A stretch of 64,000 nt of DNA from Fibrobacterales bacterium (GCA_051532035.1 JAOPTW010000013.1:61878-125877), one strand, 5' to 3'; counted from the first letter of the stretch, positions 18,607-29,021 are shown. A program made the numbers and translations. Notes: a model not told the origin generated them from the sequence alone.

Positions 18607-20157
18607 ATGAATTGTATGAAAAATATATTGTTGACTATAAGTATACTTTTATTTGCATGTTCATCTGATGGTGATGACGTTTCTGGTATTACTGATATTG
18701 AAACAGGTGGCCAAATTGCAGGAACGATGTATACTGCGGATGGAAGTCCTGAAGCTGGAGTAACCGTTTCTCTCATATCTAATGGCTATAGCCCATTAAT
18801 AGATAGCCTCAGCATTTTGCGAAAAAGTGTGGTTACCAATGCTGCTGGAGAATATACCTTTGATAATTTAGATAGTGGACTCTATGCAATCGAAGTGATT
18901 AATGATGTGGCCTCTACCGGTTTTTATAATCCTTCTCTTGTCGTGACACCCACGAGTAACGTGCAGTCATCAGATACCCTTCAGAATACCGGTACTGTTG
19001 TGATCACCTTACCGAAAAATGCACTGACTGCAACTGGCACAGTGTATATTAAGAATTCTACTCGAGTGGGAATCGTCAGCTATTCAGAAGACTCAATACC
19101 GACTGTACTCATAGATAAGTTACCCGCAGGAGTCTATCCAGAATTCTATGTTTCTGAGGGAGGCTCTACTCTTGGAGATCTATTGAATGTGGACACCATA
19201 GAGGTTATTCAAAACGACACCAATTTTGTGACCCCAATAGAGAATGATGTTCCATTGAGTTCAGCTCTGAGTTCTAGCTTGAATTTTAGCCTGAGTTCAA
19301 GTTCATCTGAAACCATTGTATTGTCTTCGGCAGTCCCCTCTTCTTCCTCCGTAACTTTACAAGGGTTCTCATCAGCGAGTATTTCTTCTTCAAGTTATAT
19401 ACCATTAGATTCTACACCAGTAAACTCTGTGCTTAATTTTAATGGCGAACCAGAGCATGTTAAAATAGAAAGTGACATGAACTATGATTGGCCGACCTAT
19501 GGCATTACCTTCGAAACCTGGGTCATATGGGATGAAATGGATACAATTATACACTTGTTTCACTTATCTAATGGTCCCGATAATGACTATACTACCGTAT
19601 TTGGAGCTCGGGCAGCAAGTGGAGCTTATAATTTAAGATATGCAATGACAAATACTGGACCTAATGACCCTGATAACCCATGGATGGTAGAAGAGGTTGA
19701 TGGTGCTATAGTGTTGGGTGAATGGATGCACGTAGCTCTCACAATAACCCCATCTGGCCTTATTTCATTTTATTACAATGGTGACCTTATCGATACAGCT
19801 GAGCGAGGCATTTATGCAAACCCTGATGCAGTCACTCGGTCGGTAAATTACCTCGGTAATAGCGCCGAAGACCGAGATGGTGTTTTTGATGGTCGTATGG
19901 ATAATGCTCGAATCTGGAATAGAGCGCGTACTGCTGCAGAGATCAAAGATAATATGTATCATACAACCCAGCAATTAAGTGATACCACTCGACTCGTTCT
20001 CAGCTATGACTTTGTGTACAATCCTTTGCGGAGTAATATCGTAACTGATGGATCAGGCAATGGTAATGATGGTACGCTCCTTGATATGGCGGGTACGTTT
20101 GGTGCGGATGGTACTTGGATGCCACAGGTTGATTTTGAGCAGGAAATTGGCCAGTAA
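18607..20157 (+). CDS. Lipoprotein with CarboxypepD_reg-like domain, poly-Ser linker and LamG (Laminin_G_3/concanavalin-like) domain
   Basis: The lipobox is LLFAC. GVTVSL...TNAAGEYTFDNLDSGLY is CarboxypepD_reg-like. GEWMHVALT...FYYNGDLI...FDGRMDNARIWNRARTAAEIKDNM is LamG-like. Confidence 0.75.
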   Translation: MNCMKNILLTISILLFACSSDGDDVSGITDIETGGQIAGTMYTADGSPEAGVTVSLISNGYSPLIDSLSILRKSVVTNAAGEYTFDNLDSGLYAIEVINDVASTGFYNPSLVVTPTSNVQSSDTLQNTGTVVITLPKNALTATGTVYIKNSTRVGIVSYSEDSIPTVLIDKLPAGVYPEFYVSEGGSTLGDLLNVDTIEVIQNDTNFVTPIENDVPLSSALSSSLNFSLSSSSSETIVLSSAVPSSSSVTLQGFSSASISSSSYIPLDSTPVNSVLNFNGEPEHVKIESDMNYDWPTYGITFETWVIWDEMDTIIHLFHLSNGPDNDYTTVFGARAASGAYNLRYAMTNTGPNDPDNPWMVEEVDGAIVLGEWMHVALTITPSGLISFYYNGDLIDTAERGIYANPDAVTRSVNYLGNSAEDRDGVFDGRMDNARIWNRARTAAEIKDNMYHTTQQLSDTTRLVLSYDFVYNPLRSNIVTDGSGNGNDGTLLDMAGTFGADGTWMPQVDFEQEIGQ

Positions 20158-20402
20158 ATATACCACTGTGATCTCTTTCTACAGAGGGCTACAATCATAG
20201 TCAATAATGCCGTAGGTATAGGTTCTCACAGTATGTAATCTCTTTAAATACACTTTCAGCAAACTCCTCAACGAGATAATGCTCCCTGAAAAAGAGCGGA
20301 TATGAGCCTAGAGCACTCCAAAACAGTATTGAGGAACCTATCTTAGCTATAGAGACATGAGGGAGTGATCTGTTTGCAGGTCGAAACTGAAAGGATATAT
20401 CT

Positions 20403-21863
20403 ATGAAAAAGCTAATAATGGTATTTGGAATACTGTCACTGTTCGTCAACTGCATCTTTGATTCTACTCAGGACAGCTCTGAACAGTCCGATCAAGTTGA
20501 ATCAAGTCAGGCCCAAGATTCGAGCGTACTTCCTCAACAGGATGGTAATAGCTCTGAACTTGCGTCAAGTTCTGCAGAAGTAACAATGCTCTCGTCAAAT
20601 ATTGAAGGAGTAGAAAGCTCTTCTTTAAGTGTTGCAATGAGTTCATCTGAAACAGAAGGAGTAGAGGTATCCTCTTCAGGTGCAGAAGCATCATCAGAAT
20701 CAGGAGCTGCAACGCAACCAGAAATAACAGGGACCTATAATATTGTCGATACCGGACAAAACACCTTTTTTGATGATAAAAGTGCCATTGAGGAGCCCAC
20801 TATTAATAACGCTTTGTATGGTCAGGATGCGCACCATACTGGGCATCAACCATCATATACCGACAATGGTGATGGTACCGTTACCGATAATGTTACAGGC
20901 CTCATGTGGCAGCAAGAATTTACTGTTATGACCTATAGTGATGCGGTAGCAGCAGCAATAGCTCTTGACCTGAGTGGCCACACTGATTGGCGAGTGCCTA
21001 CCATTAAAGAAGCATATTCGCTGATACTGTTTAGTGGCAAAGATGTGAGTGGGCCTGATGACAGTACTGTTCCCAGTGGTGCGGTTCCCTTTATTGATTC
21101 ATCATATTTCGACTTTGCCTATGGGGCAAATGGTACTCGGATAATTGATACTCAGATACTCTCATCAACTATTTATTCAGGGCTTACCATGGGCCGAGAT
21201 GCGACAGTGTTTGGGGTAAATGTAGCTGATGGTAGAATTAAGGGGTACCCCCTGACAATGATGGGTCAAGATAAAGAGTATACGGTACGGTTTGTACGGG
21301 GTAATACTGAATATGGCATTAATGCATTTACTGATAATTTAGATGGAACCATTAGTGACCACGCAACGGGCTTAATGTGGCAGCAAGCGGATAGCGAATC
21401 GGGTATGAACTGGGAAGAAGCCTTAGAATACGCTGCACAGAAAAACAGTGAGAATTATCTAGGACAGAGTGATTGGCGCGTACCCAATGCAAAAGAGTTG
21501 CACAGTATTGTCGACTATACCCGTTCACCTCAAGAAACCAATAGTGCCGCTATCGACCCTCTTTTTCAAGTATCAGAGATACAGGATGAAGGGAGCGAAA
21601 CAAATTATCCATTCTATTGGTCATCAACAACACATCAAAATATGATGAGTAGTGGTAATGCTGCCTATTTCTCATTTGGCGAAGCACTAGGATTTTTCGC
21701 AGACCCATTCTCAGGTACTGTAAATTTATTGGATGTCCATGGTGCTGGTGCTCAAAGAAGTGACCCAAAGACAGGAAACCCAGCAGATTGGCCAGAAGGT
21801 CATGGTCCGCAAGGAGATGTTATTCGTATCTATAATTATGTGCGCTTAGTAAGGGATATGTAA
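20403..21863 (+). CDS. Lipoprotein with two DUF1566 (Lcl C-terminal-like) domains
   Basis: The lipobox is LSLFVNC and a Ser/Glu-rich linker follows. TGLMWQQ...DWRVPTIKEAYSL and TGLMWQQADSE...WEEALEYA...SDWRVPNAKELHSIVD are the DUF1566 motifs. Confidence 0.75.
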   Translation: MKKLIMVFGILSLFVNCIFDSTQDSSEQSDQVESSQAQDSSVLPQQDGNSSELASSSAEVTMLSSNIEGVESSSLSVAMSSSETEGVEVSSSGAEASSESGAATQPEITGTYNIVDTGQNTFFDDKSAIEEPTINNALYGQDAHHTGHQPSYTDNGDGTVTDNVTGLMWQQEFTVMTYSDAVAAAIALDLSGHTDWRVPTIKEAYSLILFSGKDVSGPDDSTVPSGAVPFIDSSYFDFAYGANGTRIIDTQILSSTIYSGLTMGRDATVFGVNVADGRIKGYPLTMMGQDKEYTVRFVRGNTEYGINAFTDNLDGTISDHATGLMWQQADSESGMNWEEALEYAAQKNSENYLGQSDWRVPNAKELHSIVDYTRSPQETNSAAIDPLFQVSEIQDEGSETNYPFYWSSTTHQNMMSSGNAAYFSFGEALGFFADPFSGTVNLLDVHGAGAQRSDPKTGNPADWPEGHGPQGDVIRIYNYVRLVRDM

Positions 21864-21908
21864 GAAGTTCATAGGGTGATTGTGATATTCATGTTCTGGA
21901 TAGTGCAA

Positions 21909-22382
21909 TCACCACCTATGCTGACAATTGTAACATCGTGCTTTTGACTTAAAAAATGAAGAAATAATAATTGATGCGGCGCAAAGAATTAATGTTATGG
22001 GAGAATATACGATAACAACAACAGGAATACCGACTATCAATACTGTGTTTCTCATGGCATAGCCGCTTTTTTTGATTTTCACAGAGTTACACTTAGGGCA
22101 GATATCCTCTGCATCGTATTCATCGTCTTCGCTTTCTTCAAATTCATCGAGAGGAATCTCAGCGTAATCGGCTGTAAGAAATTGATCAACTATTGCTTTG
22201 GCTTTACGTTGGTCATCCTTCAGAACCAGCAATTTAATGCCCTGAACCGCATTAGCAAATAATTGGTTTGATGAAACAATTCCCTCATCACGTATCTCGC
22301 AAATGATATCTTCACCAAGTAATAGGTTCTCGACAATTTTTATGTCATGGAGGTTTGGGGAATTATAAATTTCAATGTGCAT
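21909..22382 (-). CDS. DUF2007-like N-terminal domain protein with zinc-ribbon and TM segment
   Basis: The N-terminal ~70 aa resembles the DUF2007 fold. CPKC...CYNC Cys pairs flank a hydrophobic helix. Confidence 0.5.
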   Translation of the reverse strand: MHIEIYNSPNLHDIKIVENLLLGEDIICEIRDEGIVSSNQLFANAVQGIKLLVLKDDQRKAKAIVDQFLTADYAEIPLDEFEESEDDEYDAEDICPKCNSVKIKKSGYAMRNTVLIVGIPVVVIVYSPITLILCAASIIISSFFKSKARCYNCQHRW

Positions 22383-22549
22383 AGGATCCTGCTGGCTTAA
22401 TAGAGTTAATTTAGAATATTTAGAATGTTTTGTGAGCGTATGAGCTCACAATATAACTCTGAAAAATCAACCAATCCCTCAATAAACCACCCCCTCCGCA
22501 ACCAATACCCTCCCGACATTTTCTATCTTTGGCGCAACTGGAGATATAT

Positions 22550-22975
22550 ATGATACTCACAACCCCTGCCCTACTCTTCCCTGCAATTTCACTGCTGCTG
22601 CTTGCCTACACCAATCGTTTTGCAATAACCGCGCAACTCATACGACAGCTCCATGCTAATGGCAGAGAAAAAATGTCGCATATAATTGACCCTCAAATAG
22701 AAAACTTACGCAAGCGACTTAATCTGATTAGAGTTATGCAGGCTTTTGGTATCACCAGCTTTCTATGTTGTACTGTTTCTATGCTCATGCTCTTTACTGA
22801 AAACATATCAGCGGGTAAATATATTTTTGGTCTGAGTCTTGGACTTCTTTGTATTTCACTATGCATCTCACTCTGGGAGATTTGGATATCCGGTGATGCA
22901 CTTAAATATGAACTCCAGGATATGGAAAATGAACGAGATAGTGAAAAAAAAAGAAGAAAGGATGATGTTGTATGA
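22550..22975 (+). CDS. DUF2721 family membrane protein
   Basis: MILTTPALLFPAISLLLLAYTNRFAITAQLIRQLH is typical of DUF2721. The ATG at 22550 is preceded by GGAG. Confidence 0.6.
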   Translation: MILTTPALLFPAISLLLLAYTNRFAITAQLIRQLHANGREKMSHIIDPQIENLRKRLNLIRVMQAFGITSFLCCTVSMLMLFTENISAGKYIFGLSLGLLCISLCISLWEIWISGDALKYELQDMENERDSEKKRRKDDVV

Positions 22976-23730
22976 TCGTGTTACTCTCCCCTGCTAAAAA
23001 AATGAAAATTGAAAACGCACTTACCAAACGGTTTCGTGTACCACATTTTTTAAATGAAGCCGAAGAGATCAATGAATTCCTACTCGAATGGAATGAACCA
23101 CACTTGAAAAAGGTGATGGCGATAAGTGACGCACTGACTGAATCAACCATGCACATGATTGCTCATTGGAATACAAAACATACTGCCCAAAATAGTACTG
23201 AAGCGCTTCTTGCATTTGCGGGGCATGTTTTTGAAAGTATGGATCCTCATAGTTTTAGTGATAGTGAGCTGACCTTTGCCGATAACACCATCCGTATCCT
23301 CTCTGGATTTTATGGAATACTCAAACCACTCGACCTCATGAAACACTATCGTTTTGAACTTGGCTACCGTACGCCACTGTGTGAGAGTAAAAATCCTTAC
23401 CATTACTGGAAAGAGAGAGTTACCAATCAACTGAGAGAAGAGCTTGGTACTGATACTACGGTCCTCAATCTTGCATCAGACGAATACTCTAAGGTAATAG
23501 ATTTTAAGAACTTAGATGCGACGGTTGTGACGCCTGTTTTCTTAGACCTTAAAAATGGCAAACTCAAAACAGTGAGTGTGTATGCAAAAGCGGCCCGTGG
23601 AAAAATGGCTCGGTATATTGTAACAAAAAAGATTACTGACCCTAAAGACCTCATATCATATAGTGTTGATGGGTATAGCTATCAGCCAGACAAATCAGAT
23701 GATTCACAAATGGTTTTTGTTCGCGAGTAA
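22972..23730 (+). CDS. yaaA: Peroxide stress protein YaaA (UPF0246)
   Basis: The N-terminus is MIVLLSPAKKM. Length and the RFELG motif fit YaaA. There is a 4-nt overlap with the upstream gene. Confidence 0.85.
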   Translation: MIVLLSPAKKMKIENALTKRFRVPHFLNEAEEINEFLLEWNEPHLKKVMAISDALTESTMHMIAHWNTKHTAQNSTEALLAFAGHVFESMDPHSFSDSELTFADNTIRILSGFYGILKPLDLMKHYRFELGYRTPLCESKNPYHYWKERVTNQLREELGTDTTVLNLASDEYSKVIDFKNLDATVVTPVFLDLKNGKLKTVSVYAKAARGKMARYIVTKKITDPKDLISYSVDGYSYQPDKSDDSQMVFVRE

Positions 23731-23767
23731 TCTGTAAATGAGTTACAGGCGCCCCTTATAAAAAGAG

Positions 23768-24334
23768 CTAGCCTATATAGCTTGAAAGTAACGCTTTAAA
23801 TTCAATGACTGCCTTTTCTAGGTCGTCATTAATGAGTACATGTTCGTATTTGCCTTTTGTTTCGGCAAAATCAATCTCTTCACGAGCATTAGTAAGGCGG
23901 AGTTGTATTACTTCGTCACTGTCAGTTCCTCTGTGACGCAGCCGGCTTTCCATCTCATCCATGTTGGGAGGCATTATGAAAATACCAACGGCCTTGGGAT
24001 ACTCTTTATCAAAAGTAACTTTGCCATAGACATCCATATCGAGAATGACACTGATGCCTTTAGAAAGTTGCTCTTCAACATAGGCTCGCGGAGTACCATA
24101 AAAGTTTCCGTGCACTTCCATGTATTCAATGAGTTGATCCTCTTTAATCATCTCTTTAAACTGTTCAACAGTTTTGAAAAAGTAGTGCTGACCATCAATT
24201 TCACCATCGCGAGGTAGGCGTGTTGTTGCAGAAATAGAGTAAGAGAGTGTTTCAAACTCATCAATTACTCTATCTTTTAATGTTGTTTTTCCGGCTCCTG
24301 AAGCAGCGGAGAGTACAAAGAGTGTCGCTTTCAT
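23768..24334 (-). CDS. gmk: Guanylate kinase
   Basis: The P-loop is SAASGAGKTTL. TTRLPRDGEIDGQHYFF and VILDMDVYG are also present. Confidence 0.9.
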   Translation of the reverse strand: MKATLFVLSAASGAGKTTLKDRVIDEFETLSYSISATTRLPRDGEIDGQHYFFKTVEQFKEMIKEDQLIEYMEVHGNFYGTPRAYVEEQLSKGISVILDMDVYGKVTFDKEYPKAVGIFIMPPNMDEMESRLRHRGTDSDEVIQLRLTNAREEIDFAETKGKYEHVLINDDLEKAVIEFKALLSSYIG

Positions 24335-24337
24335 AAT

Positions 24338-24610
24338 CTACTCATCATCATTTTTAATTAGGGGAACATTGAGGAGTGCCTCTTGGCGTTTCTTACGTTC
24401 TTCAGTATTTTCTCGTCGCTGACGCTCAAACTGAAGATCTTGAATTTTTTGGTTGTGAGTGAGTATCACTTCTTTGGATATGATCTCTTGCAGGCGCTCT
24501 AAGGCATGAGAAATCCCGCCAATGGTATTCATTATAATCATAAACGACACTCCTATCACAAAGAGAAAGAGTATCGCTATAAAAATTCCGAGTTTGAGTT
24601 CAATATCCAT
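24338..24610 (-). CDS. Small membrane protein with charged coiled-coil tail, function unknown
   Basis: It has one N-terminal TM (LGIFIAILFLFVIGVSFMIIM) and lies tightly spaced between gmk and the GT-C gene. Confidence 0.45.
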   Translation of the reverse strand: MDIELKLGIFIAILFLFVIGVSFMIIMNTIGGISHALERLQEIISKEVILTHNQKIQDLQFERQRRENTEERKKRQEALLNVPLIKNDDE

Positions 24611-24617
24611 CTATATC

Positions 24618-27176
24618 CTACTGTTTTATAAGAAAGGGTTGTATCCAGTCAGCATGGTCATAATGTTTATCAGTAAGTGAATCCACCTGAAGTGAGAGCA
24701 CTTGCACATTAGAAACATCGATGAATAAACTATTATAGGTAAAATTCTTTACTACAGATGATTTAAATAGCTCTTTACCATCACCATAGATTAAAAAGCG
24801 CACACCATCTCCTCCTGGGTCTTCGTCATCAAGACCATACCCAGCAATAAATGATTTGTATTTCCCATCAAGTTTAAAATCTTGGGTAGAAAATGCGTGT
24901 ACCCCATAGCCGCTGGTAAATTCTCTACCGCCAATTTTTAATACATTACCATCAAGAGATTTGTCTACCTGTGCTTTAGACCATGACTGTATGCTTTTAA
25001 CTGCACTCAGCTGCGTTAGTGGTTTAACTGTTGGATCATCAATAAACCCATCTTTAGTAACGCGACCAAGATCACGGCCTTCACTATTAAAAGCGAGTAC
25101 TTCTAGAGTATAGAAGCCAACGATTTTTTCTTTAAGAGGAATTGTTAATGGGGTGTCGCCTTTTTTAGGTTTAATAGACTGTACTTTCTGTCCATTAAAA
25201 ATGATATCAAAGTCTGCAGTCTTCCCAATTTTCTTAAGTGAGAGATTTACTGAAAGGGCTGTATCGGTTACTTTGATATCTGAGAGTGTGAGATCACGTT
25301 CAATTTGCATCACTCGCTTTCCGTGAAGTTTAGATATATAGAGTGGATAACTGCGTACTACCTTAGAACGAAATACTTCTTGGAGGTCATAGGACTGTTC
25401 AAAACCATCACACACCGCTTCAATACGCGTTTCGACGGCTTTTTTATGGAATGACTTACTATTCCAGCAATCGAGTCCCCGTACATAGTAGACTTCCCCA
25501 CCGAACGATTTCATTAACTCTTTCTGTTTAACTGAACCAAGCGCTTTAAAATTGCGGTAGTGCATGGATGAATGCCCATATCCGAGCATATGATACGGTC
25601 GACCATAGATAAAGAGTTTGCGCCCTTCGTTTTCGGCAATCCAACCACGAAGTTCAACCTGTTCGGTAGTGAGGTGGTTTCTCTTATACATTATATTTTT
25701 CTCGAAACTTGGTTTGTGTCTATACGTCAGTGAAAAGAGCACGGCAAGTACCAACAAGGTAAAACCAATGTTTTTCTTAACAGATACTTTTTCGTCACCA
25801 CCACCAATAAACTTCTTGAGCCATACCGCAAGTACTTGATAGATAAAAAATCCGGCAAAGAAGGCCATTGTTGGTAAGACAATAAGGATATAGCGCTGAT
25901 TAATGTTAATGGTAAAGTCACCCGACACATTTTCGAAAATCATAAAACTTTGGATGTGATAGAGTGCTAAGAAGAGGAGCCATTTACGATACGAGCTGTT
26001 CTTAAAGGCTGCGATACAGAAGGTTACGAAGCCTGCAATAGAGAGTACTGTTTGATAACTGAGGAATGGGTTATCTAAGAGGTCGCCCTTCATTGGGGTA
26101 TTGACCATCAGCTTGAGGTTAATCCAGAGGTTTTCCCAAAAGTGTCCATGAGCACTGTGTTCTCCCCCTTGAAATGAATAGCCCTGATAAATCGATATGG
26201 TAATCAAGATTGGGATACTAAAGAACGTAAGGAACGTTGTAAAAGCGTGGAAGCTCTTTTTATTATCAAGAAGAAGGGGCAGAGAAAAGATGCCAAAAGC
26301 TAAGAAGCAGAAAACCGTCTCTTGTCTTGTTTGTGCAAAGAGCCCTAAAAATGCTGCAAACAGTGCCCAATCCCAGTAGTCTTTACTGTGCTCAAAGGCC
26401 CACTTCATTAAAAAGAGAGCAGTGAGCGATAGGAGTACATAGAGGGGCTCCACTGATGAAGACCTAAATTGAAACATGAGGGTTGGCGTCAGGCCAAGCA
26501 TTGCCGTAGAAAACAGTGAAAGAACCTCATTGTTGGTCCAACTATTGATTCCGTAAAACGTTGCAAAAAACATGAGAAAATAGAAGACGAGCTGGAGTTT
26601 AAATATCCATTCGAGGTCTTCTCCAAATAATTTCATGGGAAGCATATAGAGAAGCGCAAGGCCCTTAGCTTTGAAGTTGGTAACGGTTGTTTTACAATCC
26701 ATATCACCTTTAGCATCAAAATAGCCCTCTTTACAGGCGCCAGCACTTTGATTGTGGTACATGTTTTGCGCAGCGGCAAGGTAAATAGACTCATCTGATT
26801 GAACTCGGTGACGTTCAACGATATAGGTGCCTGTAAACCAAGTACAGATAACTGCCAGTGATGTGAGCACAATTATTGTAGATCTACTTGGGGTATAGCT
26901 TTTAAAAAATTCCCACAGTGATTTTCTTTTTTTGAATGAGAGTACCGCAATTACAATAACGTTAAGAAGTAGTATCCAAAAACTCTGATGTTGATCCATA
27001 ACTTGCTTGAGGAAGTACTTACCACCTGCCAATCCATCAACAAATTCGCGAAGAGGGCCTTTTTGGGCAAGAACGATAAGAAGTATTACAACAACTACAG
27101 GGAAAATGAGGGGTACCAAACGCTCTGGCTTTTTGATTTTCTCTATTAGCTGGGTAAAATGTTCAGGAATGGTCAT
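24618..27176 (-). CDS. Polytopic GT-C-type (ArnT/PMT-like) glycosyltransferase fused to a C-terminal NPCBM-like carbohydrate-binding domain
   Basis: It has more than 10 TM helices. SDESIYLAAAQNMY is the DExxY first-loop motif. The C-terminus GGREFTSGYGVHAFS...FIAGYGLDDEDPGGDGVRFLIYGDGKELFKS...HADW is NPCBM-like. The start is uncertain: ATG at 27176 is preferred over TTG at 27269. Confidence 0.65.
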   Translation of the reverse strand: MTIPEHFTQLIEKIKKPERLVPLIFPVVVVILLIVLAQKGPLREFVDGLAGGKYFLKQVMDQHQSFWILLLNVIVIAVLSFKKRKSLWEFFKSYTPSRSTIIVLTSLAVICTWFTGTYIVERHRVQSDESIYLAAAQNMYHNQSAGACKEGYFDAKGDMDCKTTVTNFKAKGLALLYMLPMKLFGEDLEWIFKLQLVFYFLMFFATFYGINSWTNNEVLSLFSTAMLGLTPTLMFQFRSSSVEPLYVLLSLTALFLMKWAFEHSKDYWDWALFAAFLGLFAQTRQETVFCFLAFGIFSLPLLLDNKKSFHAFTTFLTFFSIPILITISIYQGYSFQGGEHSAHGHFWENLWINLKLMVNTPMKGDLLDNPFLSYQTVLSIAGFVTFCIAAFKNSSYRKWLLFLALYHIQSFMIFENVSGDFTININQRYILIVLPTMAFFAGFFIYQVLAVWLKKFIGGGDEKVSVKKNIGFTLLVLAVLFSLTYRHKPSFEKNIMYKRNHLTTEQVELRGWIAENEGRKLFIYGRPYHMLGYGHSSMHYRNFKALGSVKQKELMKSFGGEVYYVRGLDCWNSKSFHKKAVETRIEAVCDGFEQSYDLQEVFRSKVVRSYPLYISKLHGKRVMQIERDLTLSDIKVTDTALSVNLSLKKIGKTADFDIIFNGQKVQSIKPKKGDTPLTIPLKEKIVGFYTLEVLAFNSEGRDLGRVTKDGFIDDPTVKPLTQLSAVKSIQSWSKAQVDKSLDGNVLKIGGREFTSGYGVHAFSTQDFKLDGKYKSFIAGYGLDDEDPGGDGVRFLIYGDGKELFKSSVVKNFTYNSLFIDVSNVQVLSLQVDSLTDKHYDHADWIQPFLIKQ

Positions 27177-27408
27177 ACAAAATCCGATTGCTTTAAACTC
27201 AAGGAAATTATAGAAAAAGATAATTGTTAGGGTACCTCTAAAAAGGGCTTTTAACAGATCCCTGTCCAAATATCGATAATAGTAAGGTATAGAAATTTTG
27301 AACGAAAGAGGCTTTAACTCGTTAAGCAGTTATGAGTGAGATTTGATCTTCAACAAAGAAACTTTTTTATACTATATTAAATTGTAACCTCCTAAAATTT
27401 GGCTCATT

Positions 27409-28929
27409 ATGCAAAACAGCGGCTTTTTTACATTCCGAACATTGATCATTTCACTCTCCCTTATGATAAGTTCAGTTATTGCTGAAACTCAATTGAATAT
27501 GTGGATCATGCCTAATGGTGAGCGGCCCAGTAAAAACATTAAAGCCTATACCGACCAGTTTGAAAAAGAAAATCCTGGAATTACCGTCAATATAGAGGTG
27601 TTAAGCTGGGGAAATGCTATTTCTCGACTTAAAATGATCGCTAAAACCAAGCGCGGACCAGATCTTGTACAAGTGGGCACCACCTGGGTTCCCTATCTGA
27701 GTGAATTAGGAGCGCTTCTCGATCTCACACCCTATATGGACAATCTCTCAAGACCTGAAGAATTTTTGAGTGCTACTTGGAGCTCAACCCACCGATTTGG
27801 GTATAGCGAAATTGTCGCGCTACCTTGGTTTTTGGATGTACGTACTATTTCATTGAATAAGCGTCACTTTGATTCAATGGGCTTTTCTAGAAAGAATTTT
27901 GAAACTATAGAGAGCTTTAAGCGATCTCTTAAAGTATTTGCTCAGAAAAAAGTGACTCACGAGGGTAAACGTGTGTGGCCAATTTCGTTTTCTGGAATTG
28001 GTGATTGGAACTTAATACACAATTTTGCCCCGTGGATTTGGTCCAATGGTGGTTCATTTGTCAAAGAGGTCGATGGGAAGTTTGTCAGTAATATGAGTGA
28101 CCCCAAAACTATTCAGGGCATTCGTGAAAATATCTCTTTCTATTTTGAAAAGCTCATCGACCCAACAGATATAGAGCGTGGTACTACGCTCACCGAGAAA
28201 AAGTTTAATAATGGTGAATCTTTTAGCCTTCTTGGTACAACCTTTGGTGCATTAACCCGTCACTATAATCGTGTAAAAGAGGGTAAAGCTGATCTGAATA
28301 CGTTAGAAGATATGGTTTTAGTTCCTTATCCAAAGGGTCCTGGCGGTCAATTTTCATTTATTGGGGGAAGTAACCTTGCTATCCCCAAGTACACAAAAAA
28401 CAAAGAAGCGGCAATTAAATTACTCGGCTTTCTTATGCAAGACTCTACCCTCTTTCATTATTCCAGAGATATTGGAGCGTTTTCTACCAAAAAGAAAATT
28501 GTAAATAATGTGCCCGAAGTAAATAGTGACTATTATCAAGCTATCTTAACCAGCTTAAAATTTGGACGTGCCTTCCCTAATATTCCAGAATGGACCGAGG
28601 TGGGCTATGTACTTAAAGAAGGTTTAGAGAATATTTGGTGGCAAGTGTCGGGTATTTATGGTGATTTTAATGAAGAATATTTTATAAAAGAGCTCCAAAA
28701 CATGGATGCTAAAGTGAACAAAATTCTCAATAATTCCAGCATGAGTGAAGCGTATGATAGCGACGATATGGTTATAGAGATTCCTCTCCCTGGTCAAGTG
28801 GGGAGCGCATCATCATTCATAGATAGACTGGGACTCACACAAAACTCAATTAATGCGATCATAGGTATTTTACTTGCCATAGTAATCGTAACGTTGATAC
28901 TCTTTTTGGCTAAGGGTAAGAAGGACTAG
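27409..28929 (+). CDS. Family-1 extracellular solute-binding protein (sugar-type) with C-terminal TM anchor
   Basis: A signal peptide is followed by an SBP_bac_1-like body (DLVQVGTTWVPYL, LPWFLDVR, GGSNLAIPK). The terminal hydrophobic helix is AIIGILLAIVIVTLILFLAKGKKD. Confidence 0.7.
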   Translation: MQNSGFFTFRTLIISLSLMISSVIAETQLNMWIMPNGERPSKNIKAYTDQFEKENPGITVNIEVLSWGNAISRLKMIAKTKRGPDLVQVGTTWVPYLSELGALLDLTPYMDNLSRPEEFLSATWSSTHRFGYSEIVALPWFLDVRTISLNKRHFDSMGFSRKNFETIESFKRSLKVFAQKKVTHEGKRVWPISFSGIGDWNLIHNFAPWIWSNGGSFVKEVDGKFVSNMSDPKTIQGIRENISFYFEKLIDPTDIERGTTLTEKKFNNGESFSLLGTTFGALTRHYNRVKEGKADLNTLEDMVLVPYPKGPGGQFSFIGGSNLAIPKYTKNKEAAIKLLGFLMQDSTLFHYSRDIGAFSTKKKIVNNVPEVNSDYYQAILTSLKFGRAFPNIPEWTEVGYVLKEGLENIWWQVSGIYGDFNEEYFIKELQNMDAKVNKILNNSSMSEAYDSDDMVIEIPLPGQVGSASSFIDRLGLTQNSINAIIGILLAIVIVTLILFLAKGKKD

Positions 28930-29000
28930 TTCTTATTTATTCTTCTATGCCATCAGTATGCTCTATGTTTAATTTTTTACTTTATTTATTTTATTAACTA

Positions 29001-29021
29001 CTGGGGGCTGCGCACCCCCAG
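29001..29021 (+). terminator. GC hairpin CTGGGGG-CTGCGCA-CCCCCAG downstream of the SBP gene
   Basis: It has a perfect 7-bp GC stem. The T-run (ATATTTTTC) is displaced by ~13 nt, so the terminator call is tentative. It is part of the GC-rich island 28995-29215. Confidence 0.4.

Noticed and set aside
23840-24217. 125-aa plus-strand ORF
   Set aside because: It is antisense to gmk, which has an unambiguous P-loop and guanylate kinase motifs.
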